From positions 7,006,001 to 7,070,000 of the forward strand of contig OX597834.1 of NCBI GenBank assembly GCA_951406725.2: 64,000 bases of DNA, written 5' to 3'. The translations under genes were made by a program, and so were the position numbers. This document shows positions 1-13,350 of the stretch, in pieces. This stretch comes from Octopus vulgaris. Its lineage: Eukaryota. The notes below the pieces were generated by a model. That model searched no databases. It saw only the letters and a program-made list of their open reading frames with translations, and was not told where the DNA came from. The number at the start of each line of letters is the position of its first letter. The stretch's first letter is position 1.

Positions 1-789
1 ACAGAATCGTTAGCACGAGGGGCGAAATGCTTTGCGGTATTCCGTCTGCCTTTACGTTCTGAGTTCAAATTCCACCGAGGTCGACTTTGCCTTTCATCCT
101 TTCGGGGTCGATTAAATAAGTACCAGTTACACACTGGGGTTGATATAATCGACTTAATCCGTTTGGTTATCCTTGTTTGTCCTCTCTGTGTTTAGCCCCT
201 TGTGGGTAGTAAAGAAATAGGTATTTCGTCTGCTACTACGTTTTGAGTTCAAATTCCGCCAAGGTCGACTTTGCCGTTCATCCTTTCGGGGTCGATAAAT
301 AAAGTACCAGTTGAGCACTGGGGTCGATGTAATCGACTTAATCCGTTTGGCTGTCCTTGTTTGTCCTCTCTGTGTTTAGCCCCTTGTGGGTAGTAAAGAA
401 ATAGGTATTTCGTCTGCTACTACGTTTTGAGTTCAAATTCCGCCAAGGTCGACTTTGCCGTTCATCCTTTCGGGGTCGATAAATAAAGTACCAGTTGAGC
501 ACTGGGGTCGATGTAATCGACTTAATCCGTTTGTCTGTCCTTGTTTGTCCCCTCTATGTTTAGCCCCTTGTGGGTAATAAAGAAATAAGAATCGTTAGCA
601 CGCTACGTAAAATGCTTAGCGGCATTTCGTCCGTCTTCTCGTTCTGAGTTCAAATTCCGCCGATGTCAACTTTACCTTTCATCCTTTCGGGATAGATAAC
701 ATAAAGTACCAGTTAAACACTGGGGTCGACGTAATCGACTAGCCTCCTCCCCGAAATTTCTGACCTTGTTCCAAAATTTGAAACCAATA
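1..789 (+). mobile_element. Tandem array of 4 units of tRNA-derived SINE family A (~184-bp period); last unit has an alternative tail
   Basis: Repeated B-box GAGTTCAAATTCC plus GACTTTGCCTTTCATCCTTTCGGGGTCGATAAA core; units restart at about 221, 405 and 588. Confidence 0.9.
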
Positions 790-941
790 TTTGGTATTTC
801 TTTTTGCACTTAGCGTTCTGCTTTCTTATTGACATAAGTTTAATAAAATTCGAAATGAGAATAATTTGAGGTGGACAGAAATTAGGGATATTTTGTTTTC
901 CGTCTCTGTATTTTGCATAGCTACATTGTATTTATTAGAGT

Positions 942-1325
942 GGAGGCGCAATGGCCCAGTGGTTAGGGCAGCGGACTCGCAGTCGTAGGATCGCGGTTTC
1001 GATTCCCAGACCGGGCGTTGTGAGTGTTTATTGAGCGAAAATACCTAAAAGCTCCACGAGGCTCCGGCAGGGGATGGTGGTGATCCCTGCTGTACTCTTT
1101 CACCACAACTTTCTCTCACTCTTACTTCCCGTTTCTGTTGTACCTGTATTTCAAAGGGCCGGCCTTGTCACTCTCTGTGTCACGCTGAATATCCCCGAGA
1201 ACTACGTTAAGGGTACACGTGTCTGTGGAGTACTCAGCCACTTACACGTTAATTTCACGAGCAGGCTGTTCCGTTGATCGGATCAACCGGAACCCTCATC
1301 GTCGTAACCGACGGAGTGCTTCCAC
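942..1325 (+). mobile_element. Full-length tRNA-derived SINE family C (possibly one of the described octopus OR/OK SINEs; not verified)
   Basis: A-box TGGCCCAGTGGTTAG and B-box GTTTCGATTCCC; near-identical to 56697-57086; TSD ATTTATTAGA at 930-939 and 1326-1335. Confidence 0.9.
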
Positions 1326-1559
1326 ATTTATTAGAAAATATACTTTTAAGAAGTACCTGAAACGAAGAACGCTAGTAACTTCCCTGGGTGTATTGGGGGA
1401 ATACTATCACCTGCATAGTGTAGAGATATATTATAACTCTTATATTGTAGGTGTGTGTATACTATAGTGTAGCTGTATAGTTTAGCGGTATAGCTGGTAA
1501 TTTTGTACGTAGAGGTGGGTTTGCAATCATATAGTGTAGAAGAATATTGTCACTGGTAT

Positions 1560-1853
1560 TGTGTGCGTGTGTGTGTATGTGTGTATACACACAAATGCAC
1601 ACATACATGTGTTTATGTGAATGTGTGTGTGTGCGTGCATGTCTGTGCATGCATGCATTTATGCATGTATGTATATGCATGCATGTATGAGTGCATGCAT
1701 GTATGTATGTACGTATGTATGTATGTATGTATGAATGTATGTATGTATCTGTCTATATATATATACATGTATATATATTTTTATGTATATTTATATACAT
1801 GTATATATATATATACATGTATATATATATATACATGTATATATATATACATG

Positions 1854-1912
<59 letters not shown>

Positions 1913-1956
1913 GTATATATATATATATACATGTATATATATATGTATATATATAT

Positions 1957-2003
<47 letters not shown>

Positions 2004-2040
2004 CATATACATATACATATATATATATATATATATGCGT
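1560..2040. repeat. Compound (GT)/(ATGT)/(AT) microsatellite
   Basis: Seen directly; explains the YI/CV-repeat ORFs. Confidence 0.95.
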
Positions 2041-2159
2041 GCATCCATATTATTAGGGATTCCGAGAAGTAATGTCACGTTTCATATAATGAGTTCAAGA
2101 CAGCATAAAAAAGCCCCCTAAAAAAACGTAAATATATTCAATCACAACACAGTCCCCGT

Positions 2160-2405
2160 CGTAATGAGTAACATTTTCCCACATGGAAACTAATTTTCTG
2201 ATTCCTTGGGCAAAAGCCAAAGGAAAGAACAAGTTCTTTGGAAGACAAAAATAGATGGAGTCTTATTCGACATCGTCTCCGCTTCTGAATATTTCTTCCA
2301 CCATTAAATTGTTCAAATGACTTAGAGACGTGAATATCTGATGGTGCTAGGTCTGGTGAATAGGGAGGATGGTGTACAGCTTCTCAGCCCAAAGAGTTTA
2401 TCGTT
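2160..2405 (-). pseudogene. Mariner transposase remnant (C-terminal catalytic region)
   Basis: Minus strand translates to LG*EAVHHPPYSPDLAPSDIH, the mariner YSPDLAPxD motif; disrupted. Confidence 0.8.
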
Positions 2406-2452
2406 CGTTGGATTATTTTCTATACTCCATCTCCCTCTGCTTGAAATTTAAT

Positions 2453-2764
2453 CTTTTAATTTAATTTAATTTAATTTTTATTGGCTCAAAAAGCAAAAGC
2501 ACGGCCATGTAGGGGGACAGGGAGTTATGTACAGGGAGGATGGTCATACAAAGAGTTCAGGCCATTTCCGGTCAAGAGAGACTTTGAACCGAACGGTCGT
2601 CGGCATCTTCACTATCTCGTCCGGCAGCTTATTCCACGGATCTGCAATCCGGACGGAGAAAGCTCCTCTCCTTCGATTGAGATGAAATCGTGGCAGATAG
2701 AACTTTTCGGAGTGGCCCCGCAGCCCACGCTCTGGAGCAGGAGTGAAGAACAGCTCTTTCGAGT
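2453..2764 (-). mobile_element. 5'-truncated CR1-clade LINE 3' end (ORF2 C-terminus, 3' UTR and (TTAAA)n tail)
   Basis: Minus strand reads FFTPAPERGLRGHSEKFYLPRFHLNRRRGAFSVRIADPWNKLPDEIVKMPTTVRFKVSLDRKW, matching the CR1 RGH...FS.R...WN.LP...FK..LD signature; stop at 2546-2544. Confidence 0.85.
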
Positions 2765-2883
2765 GACCTTGTACAGTGGATCAAGTTTCATTAAAACACT
2801 GGGATAAAACCTTGATACTTTGATGTGGGTCCTCTTGTGACATGGCGTCAGACAATGCTTGAAAATACATTACATTACGCATA

Positions 2884-3303
<420 letters not shown>

Positions 3304-3439
3304 ACAGAAATAGCACAGAGATGCATAATAATGTGTACAAAGCAGAAGTACTTTATAACTAGTTTAGTGAAGGTCTATACATTGACTGGACCTGCACGGG
3401 ATGACTATTTCGAAGGAGATGATGTTGAAACTTAGCTAC

Positions 3440-3854
3440 TACTCTTTTACTCTTTTACTTGTTTCAGTCAGTTGACTGCGGCCATGCTGGAGCACCGCCT
3501 TTAGTCGAGCAAATCGACCCCGGGACTTATTCTTTTGTAAGCCCAGTACTTATTCTACCAGTCTCTTTTGCCGAACCGCTAAGTAACGGGGACGTAAACA
3601 CACCAGCATCGGTTGTCAAGCAATGCTAGGGGGACAAACACATACACACAAACATATACACACACACTTATATATATATATACATATATACGACAGGCTT
3701 CTTTCAGTTTCCGTCTACCAAATCCACTCACAAGGCTTTGGTCGGCCCGAGGCTATAGTAGAAGACACTTGCCCAAGGTGCCACACAGTGGGACTGAACC
3801 TAGAACCATGTGGTTGGTAAGCAAGCTACTTACCACACAGCCACTCCTTCGCCT
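3440..3854 (-). mobile_element. SINE family B, full length
   Basis: Reverse complement of the family B consensus; inverted relative to 2884-3303. Confidence 0.9.
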
Positions 3855-4630
3855 ATATGGGTTTATTTTTCATTAAACATGACTAGACCCGGAAATTTTT
3901 GAAACTACTTCGTATAATATAACGTATATAGTTTGTTGTAACTGGTGAAACGTAGGGGGGGCTACATTGGATGGAATAATGGAAGTATAAAGTGTACAGC
4001 ACAGATGTCAACAACGACAGCAATAACAACAACAACAGCAACAACAACAGTATTTCTATTGCTTTTCACACTCAGACGGAAGGTTAGACGCTAAGCGTTG
4101 TTTCTATACTTTCGTTAATTGAACACAGAGAAATTTCTTATGAATGTTCCTTACTATCTGGTTGACGAAGTAAGAAAAAAAAAACAAATACTATTTTTAC
4201 ACGCAATGTAGATTTGTCGATTTCAACACTGAAAGGACTGAGTAATTAAAAGGGATCTACGGGTTGTCATTTCGTTGTTCAGTGCTTCAAGCTTGCCAAT
4301 CTAAATTCCAATTCCCATTGCATATTCTGTGATTCGCTAATTCCTCTTACATGAAATTCTACATGAAATCTTTGGTCTTTATTCCTGCTGCAGCTTGTTT
4401 GCTCAGACAATTGGACTATACAATGCCATGACATGTGAGAAGGAAGGAGGAGTGGGGACGAAGTGGGGGGTGGGTGGACGTCATCACTTTCAGAATTGTG
4501 TTGCTGCGCTAAACTTATCCAAATTTGCGTCCTTTCAAAATCAAAGTCAACTTGATTAACGACATAAATTCATATCTTACACAAAAGCAGCTGGGAATTC
4601 TCATACGCTTACAAAAGAATATGTATCATA

Positions 4631-4797
4631 GGCGCAGAAGTGGCTGTGTGGTAAGTAGCTTGCTTACCAACCACATGCTTCCGGGTTCAGTCCCACTGCG
4701 TCGCACCTTGGGCAAGTGTCTTCTACTATAGCCTCGGGTCGACGAAAATCTTGTGAGTGGATTTGGTACATGCAAACTGAAAGAAACCCATCGTATA
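4631..4797 (+). mobile_element. SINE family B head only
   Basis: GGCGCAGAAGTGGCTGTGTGGTAAG...GGTTCAGTCCCAC. Confidence 0.85.
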
Positions 4798-4799
4798 TC

Positions 4800-4986
4800 G
4801 CCATGATAGATCGTTAGCCACTACACACATTTTTTCTCTCGTTGTTTCTCTCCTTGTTTTTTCTCTGTCCCTTTCTGTAGAAGAGCGTAGGCTCGAAACG
4901 TAAAAGACTTTTTCTATTCTTGAACGCTATACTAATATATCTGTTTGTTTTGTACACCACCTGTCTTCGTCTTTTGTTTTTTTCGT

Positions 4987-4992
<6 letters not shown>
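4800..4992 (+). mobile_element. Short non-coding Penelope-like terminal-repeat fragment with hammerhead-like motif
   Basis: GAAGAGCGTAGGCTCGAAACGTA motif shared with 40646-40675, 62088-62120, 62827-62858 and 62948-62975; ends in a CT/TA tract. Confidence 0.6.
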
Positions 4993-5057
<65 letters not shown>

Positions 5058-5061
5058 ATAC

Positions 5062-5730
5062 TCTTTACTCTTTTACTCTTTTACTTGTTTCAGTCATTTG
5101 ACTGCGGCCATGCTGGAGCACCGCCTTTTAGTCGATCAAATCGACCCTGGGACTTATTCTTTGTAAGCCCAGTACTTATTCTATCGGTCTCTTTTGCCGA
5201 ACCGCTAAGTATATATATTATGTGTGTGTGTGTGTGTATGTGTGTGTGTGTGCGTGTGTATGTTTGTGTGTCTGTGTTTGACCCCCACCAACATCGCTTG
5301 ACAACCGATGCTGGTGTGTTTACGTCCCAGTAACTTAGCGGTTCGGCAAAAGAGGCTGATAGAATAAGTACTAAGCTTACAAAGAATAAGTCCTGGGGTC
5401 GATTTGCTCCACTAAAGGCGGTGCTCCAGCATGGCCGCAGTAAAATACCTGAAACAAGTAAAAGTGTAACTTGAAGTTTAACTGCAACAACAACAATAAT
5501 ACTAATCCTTTCTACTATAGGCCCAAGGGACGAGTCGATTACATCGATCTTCAGTATTTTAACTGGTTCTTCACTTATCGATCTCGAAAGGATGCTGAGC
5601 ATCGCCTTTAGTCGAACAAATCGAACCCAGGACATATTCTTTGTAAACCTAATACCTATTCTATCGCTAAGTTACGGGGACGTAAATTCACTAACATCGG
5701 TTGTCAGGTAATGCTGAGGGGACAAACACA

Positions 5731-5764
<34 letters not shown>

Positions 5765-5964
5765 TATATGTATGTATGTATGTATGTAGGCATGTATGTA
5801 TGTAAGTACGTACGTATGTATGTATGTATGTATGTATGTATGTATGTATGTATGTGCGTATGTATGTATGTATGTATGTATGTGTGTGTATATGTATGTA
5901 TGTATTTATGTATCTATGTATGTATTTATGTGTGTGTGTATGTATGTATGTATTTATGCATGTG

Positions 5965-5996
<32 letters not shown>

Positions 5997-6210
5997 TGTA
6001 TGTATGTATGTATGTGTGTTTATGTATATATGTGTGTATACAACGGGCTTCTTTCAGTTTCAGTCTATCCACTCACTCCAGTAAATCCACTCCCAAGGCT
6101 TTGGTCAGCCCGAGGCTATAGTAGAAGACACTTGCCCAAGGTGCCACGCAGTGGGACTGAACCCGGAACCACATGGCTGGGAAGCAAGCTACTTACCGCA
6201 TAGTCATGCC
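5062..6210. mobile_element. Cluster of SINE B pieces: inverted tail pair (5062-5207 minus, 5220-5466 plus) and a degenerate minus copy with long (TATG)n (5595-6210)
   Basis: Direct similarity to the family B modules. Confidence 0.85.
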
Positions 6211-7382
6211 TTATAAAAAAGTAGGTAGTCGTAGATACAATATATCGCTGAATGAAAAATAACGTGATGGGCACAGTAGGAATGTCTTTGATTCATTGTT
6301 GTGGTCGACTATTTGCTCGATCAATAAGTTTACTTGATCATTAATCAAGATCTATGATCAATAGTTCGGTTCGATCAGAGCTGAACAAAAGCATCAGAAA
6401 CTTGGGGCCCGGTTTAAACCGGAAAATTGACGAAGTAAGCAATATTACTTTCCATAACTTTGTTATCACCAATCGCCCCTTATCTCCCCCCACTCCCTCT
6501 CTGCATTTTCCTTTCCTTCTCTTTTCTTCTTTCATTTTTTTTTTGCCCCTTATCTCGCTCAACCTAGCTTTGATGTCTTTCTAAAGCATATTTTCTAAAC
6601 TTTTATCTTATATTTTTTTAAAATTTTACATTACACTTTATGCGTTAAAGGTCAACGATGGCCAAATGTTGACCTTCATATTTCGACCACGATCTTCTCC
6701 CTCTTCTTCCCTCCCTACTTAATATTTTTTCTGCTATTATAATTCCCCATGTACTTCGTTCTTCCTCTTTCGTTTGTAAGTTAATTTCATTCAGTAATAT
6801 TTATACGTGTTTTATTTTCTGTTTATATAGATTTATTCTTGAGGTTTTCGTATTTTTCCACCGTTTTTGGTACATTACGTTCTAGAATCATTGGGTATTT
6901 AGTGATCTTTCTTTCATCATATCTCAACCTAGATGTTCTTGGGCAACCACTCACGGTCCCTTCTACACAGTCACATGACCACTTAGATAGCTCAAGAGAG
7001 CAGACAATCCTCCCTCAAGCCACATACTACTCTTGTATTAATATAGAAGAAAATAAAAAAACCCTAAAAAATGTAGTCCTATAAATTATTAAAACTATAA
7101 GAAAAAACATGTTTCGACTAAAGTGACTTTGATCATAAGTCGACTCGATTACCGTTGACCTGAAACAAAGCAACAAACTACAACAACAACGACAACAACA
7201 TCAATAACAAAAATTCTCAACCGTTTTCATTCCATTCCATTTCACCCAAACGGTTTTTCGTCCATCTTTGACGAGCTTCTATCTTCTCTTTTCTCCTCTG
7301 ATCGTAATTACGTAGCTCCTGCTCTCCCTCTCTCCTTACTCTATTGCTTCTTACTACAGACATCCTTGCTCTTACTCTCTCT

Positions 7383-7589
7383 CTTTACTCTTTTACTTGT
7401 TTCAGTCATTTGACTGCGGTGGCCATGCTGGAGCACCGCCTATAATCGAGCAACTCGACCCCAGGACTTATTCTTTTGTAAGCCCAGTACTTATTCTATC
7501 GGTCTCTTTTGCCGAACCGCTAAGTAACGGGGACGTAAACACACCAGCATCGGTTTTCAAGCAATGCTAGGGGGACAAACACAGACACA

Positions 7590-7626
<37 letters not shown>

Positions 7627-7745
7627 CACGTGATCACGTGACCGACCAGACCATCAGATGTTGTTACACATCGCTGGTCACAATGCGTTCGCATTGTTTT
7701 AGCCTTCGAAAGACGCCACCCCGCTGGCTAAGCGAGCAGGCCAAC

Positions 7746-7778
<33 letters not shown>

Positions 7779-7952
7779 CACATATATACGACGGGCTTCT
7801 TTCAGTTTCCGTCTACCAAATCCACTCACAAGGCTTTGGTCGGCCCGGAGCTATAGTAGAAGACACTTGCCGAAGATACCACGCAGTGGGACTGAACCCG
7901 GAACCATGTGGTTGGTAAGCAAGCTACTTACCACACAGCCACTCCTGCGCCT
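7383..7952 (-). mobile_element. SINE family B with a family D tail (7626-7745) nested in its internal microsatellite
   Basis: The insert CACGTGACCGACCAGACCATCAGATGTTGTTACAC... matches the reverse complement of 21490-21597 and 50070-50198. Confidence 0.85.
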
Positions 7953-8289
7953 ATGAAAAGAAAGGAAAACAAAAAGAAAGAAGCCACTCCTTTTTTTTTT
8001 CTTGAAGGAATATTTCATCGCGCTACAGGAATGCTGTAAGTGTTTTTTTTAAAGATAAGTGTATAGGCCAGCGTTTGGGAGGAGAATAGAGAAAGAATGA
8101 CATCGTCATTTACCAGAAGAGCAGAGAAACAAGATGACTTTTAATTTCTAAAATGAGTGCAAAAACACCAAGTAACAAATACATATATATAAATATATAG
8201 AGAGAGGGGGGAGTGAGTGTGGAAACCAGAGATAGAAATACAGACAGACACGTATGCATATAGGTATGCATATAGGTATGATTGCACAC

Positions 8290-8778
8290 TAACAGGTACA
8301 CACACACATACAGGTATATATATATATGTCTGCATCTGTATCAATCTGTATCTATCTATCTAATATATCTGTATATATACTACTGTATACTACTGTATAT
8401 ATATATGTATGTATCTATGTATATATATATATATGTATATATATGTATATATATGTTTATATATACACATATATATATGTGTGTATATATATATATACAC
8501 ATGTATATATGTGTATATATAAACATAAATATACATATATATATATACACACACACATGTATATATGTATATATATATATATATATATATACATACACAC
8601 ATGTATATATGTGTGTATATATATATACACACATATGTATATATGTGTATATATATATATACATATGTATATATGTATATATATACATGCACACATGTAT
8701 ATATATGTATATATATATATATATACATATACACATACACACATGTATATATGTATATATATATGTATATATATATAC

Positions 8779-8822
<44 letters not shown>

Positions 8823-8860
8823 GTATATATATGTATATATATATATACACACACATACCT
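8290..8860. repeat. Long AT/ACAT compound microsatellite
   Basis: Seen directly. Confidence 0.95.
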
Positions 8861-9429
8861 ACACGCATGTATGTGTCTATGCAGATGCGTGTGCGAATCG
8901 ACGTGCATCTATTCACATACGAAGATTGCCCAAAAAAGAGGTCCATGCCTTGTCTAAGTTAAAAGGAAAAAAACTTGAAGTAAAAAAGACTAACCGAAAG
9001 AACTATTGTATAAAGAAATTCCAATCTTTAAAAGGAAATTAAAGTCCTTTCAGCATAATTTCCATTCCTAGTTACGCATTTCCCCCGCCTGTTCATGTTC
9101 ACAATAAAATGTAGATACATTCTCCTTTTTTTAGAATGGCATTTTCAAATATTTTAATTTTGTAATATTTATATAATACATTAAAACTTCTTTTCAATCG
9201 AGCAAGGAGACCAAAATTACGGATTGCTTGGGAGAGCAACGTTGCGACTGTAAAAAAAGTATACTAATAACGAATGAATACAGCTTAAATACAATTGTTA
9301 GAGGCTTGCATAGATTTGTTGTGAAACAGATTCCAATTTCAGTTCTCTTGAAATTTGCCAGACAATCTGTCGAGTATTTCTTTGTCCGGAGATGAACGAG
9401 TGTGTTGGGATTTGTATTATATATATATA

Positions 9430-9818
9430 CTAGCAGTATCGCCCGGCGTTGCTCGGGTTTGTAAGGGAAATAACTATATAAGCATTTTTAGAGATGTAAA
9501 GTATAATAGACATCTCAATATGGCTAACCACAAAGGGGGTGTTACTGTAGCTTCTTACGTTCTGAGATTTAATAATACATTTTTAGAGAGTTACTTCCCT
9601 TATATAATAGCAAAAAAAATGCATTAAAAATGGGAAAAAATGATTTTTTTTAATCGTAGACTCATCGTAGACGCGCGCTAATACCCAGAAGGGCTCGATA
9701 TGAATCACGACTATAAGATACCCGCTTTTGGTTACACTGCACCGCAAAATGTGGGAGTAGTTAGGAATTTAAATCGTAGGAGACAGACAGCACACAACCT
9801 CTCTTTTATATATAAAGA
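9430..9818 (-). mobile_element. Non-autonomous Helitron-like element
   Basis: Minus strand starts TCTTTATATATAAAAG and ends with subterminal hairpin CCCGAGCAACGCCGGG followed by CTAG; sits between A and T with no TSD. Confidence 0.7.
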
Positions 9819-9839
9819 TATATATATATATATATATGT

Positions 9840-9883
<44 letters not shown>

Positions 9884-9932
9884 ATGTGTGTGTGTGTGTG
9901 TGTGTGCGTGTGAGTGTGTGTGTGTGTACATA

Positions 9933-11139
9933 CAGGAGTTTGACAAAATAATGGAAACGCCAAGCATCATAGCATCATAATTTTGAAATATCTATAAAAC
10001 CGTCAAAAGATTGTTTATTTTTTAGGTTTTTTGATTTATCATTAGTGTTGCTTAATATGTTTTGCTAAAATTGCTGTTTCTTTTCAGATATCATCAGAAA
10101 AAGGTAATTAAAATTAATTAAAATGACAGATCTATCGGACTTTCAAAGAGGTTAAATTGTTGGTGCACGTAGTGCAGGCGCCAGCGTAACGAAAACAGCC
10201 GAAATGTTTGGTGTATCAAGAAGTACTGTCTCGAAACTAATGACAACCTTTGAGAAATGGTAAAACCTCCGGAAGAAAAACCAAAACTTTCAGACAGGCA
10301 CCGTCGGACTCTTACGCGAATTGCTAGAAAGGATCACAAACGTTGAGCCCTCAAAATTACTGCCAGGGTTTAATGACCACCTCGAGAACCAAGTTTCCAC
10401 AAAAACTGTTCGCAGGGAGCAACACAAAGCCGGATTTCACGAGAGGGCTGGAATCAGAAAACCACTACTTTCAAAAACAAACGTTGCAAAGCGTTTAGAG
10501 TGGAGAACTGGAATGTTATTTTCTCGGACGAGTCATTCTGTAGTTTATTTCCGACCACCGGCTGAGTATACCTGTGGAGACAGCCAAAAGAAGCATTTGA
10601 CCTAGACTGCCTTCTTTCAGCTGTTAAACATGGAGGAGGATCTGTGATGATCTGGTGGGGGGCTATACCTTGGAAGTCCGCCGGCCCATTGGTTTCCTTT
10701 CATGTCAGAATTAATAGTAAAGACTATTTAAGCATTTTATAATATCAGATTCATCCTATGGTTGCGGAACTCTTTCCGGATGATAATGCACCAACTCACA
10801 CAGCTAAAGTTGTTACTGAATGACACGAGGAACATTCTAGTGAAGTTGAAAATCTTATCTGGCCACCACAGTCCCCAAATCTCAATATTATTGAACATTT
10901 ATGGTGCATTTTAGAAAAACAAGTAAGGCGTCGATATCCTCCACGATCATCACTACAAGAACTGGAGACTGTTTTAGCTGAAGAATGAACAAAAATTCCT
11001 TTGGAAACAATTCAAAGTTTGTACGAGTCCATAACTCGTAGAATTGAAGCTGTAATTACTGCCAAAGGCGGTCCTACACTGTATTAAAATAAATTTGTTT
11101 GAAATTTTAAGGTGTTTCCATTATTTTGTTCAACCCCTG
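9933..11139 (+). mobile_element. Full-length (1207 bp) Tc1-type DNA transposon, degenerate
   Basis: ~29-bp TIRs CAGGAGTTTGACAAAATAATGGAAACGCC / GGTGTTTCCATTATTTTGTTCAACCCCTG; TA on both flanks. Confidence 0.95.
10123..11087 (+). pseudogene. Tc1-family transposase pseudogene, DD36E spacing
   Basis: MTDLSDFQRG*IVGAR...GVSRSTVSK (HTH), FSDES, DDNAPTH, WPPQSPNLNIIEHLW, AKGGPTLY*; contains stops and frameshifts. Confidence 0.93.
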
Positions 11140-11240
<101 letters not shown>

Positions 11241-11244
11241 ATAT

Positions 11245-11472
11245 TATAACCCGATTACATTCGGGTCTACTCGGGCCACATTTTAAAGATGAGGAATTTT
11301 GCCCTAGAGGCCACACCTTTCAATTGAGCAAACAACGTTACCTTGCAAACTCCCCAGCACTTTAAACTTAGGTGTGCAAATTTTCAGGTCAATCCGACCA
11401 CATTTACTAACAATTTTGCCTGCACAAATGCACGAGACAACATCCACCCTTTCTACAAATATATAGTAGATT
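11245..11472 (-). mobile_element. Helitron-like 5' fragment; related copy at 59708-59882
   Basis: Shared AACCCGATTACATTCGGGTCTAC...GATGAGGAATTTTG; minus-strand start TCTACTATAT. Confidence 0.5.
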
Positions 11473-11480
11473 ATATATGC

Positions 11481-11522
<42 letters not shown>

Positions 11523-11823
11523 TTTTAAAAAAGGATAAAATCTTTATAAGAAATTATCAAGTAGTTAGCGTGAAAAACCTCATAAGGAAAAAATTTATTA
11601 ATTTTTTCCTTTAAATATATTTATTTATATTAAGGGCATTACTACACATAAATGCCTCACGCTAGGGACTTTCATGTTTTTTTTTTATTTATCATTAGTG
11701 TTGCTTAATATGTTTTGCAAAAATTGCTGTTTCTTTTCAGATATCATGAGATAAAGGTAATTAAAATTCATTACAATGACAGCCCCACCTCCTAGCGTGA
11801 GGCATTTATGTATAGTAATGCCC

Positions 11824-11879
<56 letters not shown>

Positions 11880-12362
11880 TTATCCAAGGGGAGGCAATAG
11901 GAGCAACAACCACAGGAACACCACAAAATTCAAAGATAGGCCAAACACATGCAAATCTTATATACTAGTTTATATCTCTACAGTCCGCCATATTAGAAAT
12001 TTAAAAATACAGTAATATATAAGTATCATATACAAATAAAAATATAAATACAAATATAAATATAAAAATAAATATAAATATAAATATAAATTTTGCAAAT
12101 AACACGCTTAAAACTGTTAGGATAAGAGAAATATATATATAGTGATAATATAAAAATATAGCATATCAAGACACGAGTAAAATTCCGGCGAATAGTACAT
12201 AAAATATAATACACATACAAGCTTACAAAAATATAAGTTATACGGAAGTCCATCATCTACGGGCCGTTTCAGGGATGTGCCAATCAATACTAGACATATC
12301 AGTACTTAAAATAGTACTTAAAATTATATAAAAATATATATATATATTATGTGTGTGTGTGT

Positions 12363-12597
12363 TTATCTTTTATCTTTTACCTCCTATTTGATTCTATCAT
12401 TATACTGCAGTTATGTTGGAGCACCGACTTGAAGAGATAACTGTCGAATGGATCGACCCGAATACTTATGTTTTTAAAACCAGATACTTATTCTATCGTA
12501 CTCTTTTACCGAATCTCTACGTTACTCGGATGTAAACGCACTAAAACCGGTTGTCAAACGGTGATGGTGGTTGGCTAAACATAGAGTCAAGGGCGCG

Positions 12598-12637
<40 letters not shown>

Positions 12638-12761
12638 TATACGGCATGCTTCTTTCAATTTCCACTTACCGAATCCACTCGCAAGTCTTTGGTCGGATCG
12701 AGGCTACAATTAAAGACACTTGTGCAAGATACCACGAAATGGGACTGAACCTGAGATCGTG

Positions 12762-12799
<38 letters not shown>

Positions 12800-13020
12800 C
12801 TTGTGTCTTTTACTTGCTTCAGTCACTAGGACCGCAGCTATGGCGGGGAACCTACATTAGCTGTATACTTGAAAAAATCGACACCAGCAATTATTTTAAA
12901 ATTCGTGTTCGTATACAATGGATAACTTTTGCCGAACCACAAAGTGATGTGGTAAACAAACAAACCATCACCGGTCATCAAATGGTAGTAGAAGGAGACA
13001 CTGAAACTCAGGCACACACA
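12363..13020 (-). mobile_element. Two diverged SINE B copies
   Basis: Degenerate tail and head modules are still recognisable. Confidence 0.7.
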
Positions 13021-13050
13021 CATACGCACATGCAGAGAAAGAGAGAGAGA

Positions 13051-13088
<38 letters not shown>

Positions 13089-13293
13089 ACGCAGCTCAGT
13101 GGCTGCTATAGCAAAGCGAAACAACCCTCCATAAACACCACACAGCAGCGGCATCAGCTATCTCCGAAATTTCCTGAAGAGGAGGTCGTAACGATGGAAA
13201 TATCAGTTTCTAATCTTCGACCTTTATTTATTATTTGTTTTGTGATTAGCATTATTTTCATTTTATCATAAATTCTTTACAGATATATATATA

Positions 13294-13350
<57 letters not shown>

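Noticed and set aside
942-1015. tRNA gene
   Set aside because: The tRNA-like head continues into a 380-bp repeated body with TSDs, so it is a SINE. The same applies to the other A/B-box-containing heads.
1503-2121. Long YI/CV/HT-rich ORFs here and at 8.3-9.0, 18.0, 24.0-24.6, 32.6-33.3, 35.1-35.6, 40.8, 50.1-50.5 and 63.2-63.9 kb
   Set aside because: They are stop-free translations of microsatellites, not proteins.
3613-3876. Recurrent ORFs of the type RLPNPLTRLWSARGYSRRHLPKV or RSEFKFRRGRLCLSSFRGR
   Set aside because: They are incidental frames within SINE B and SINE A copies.
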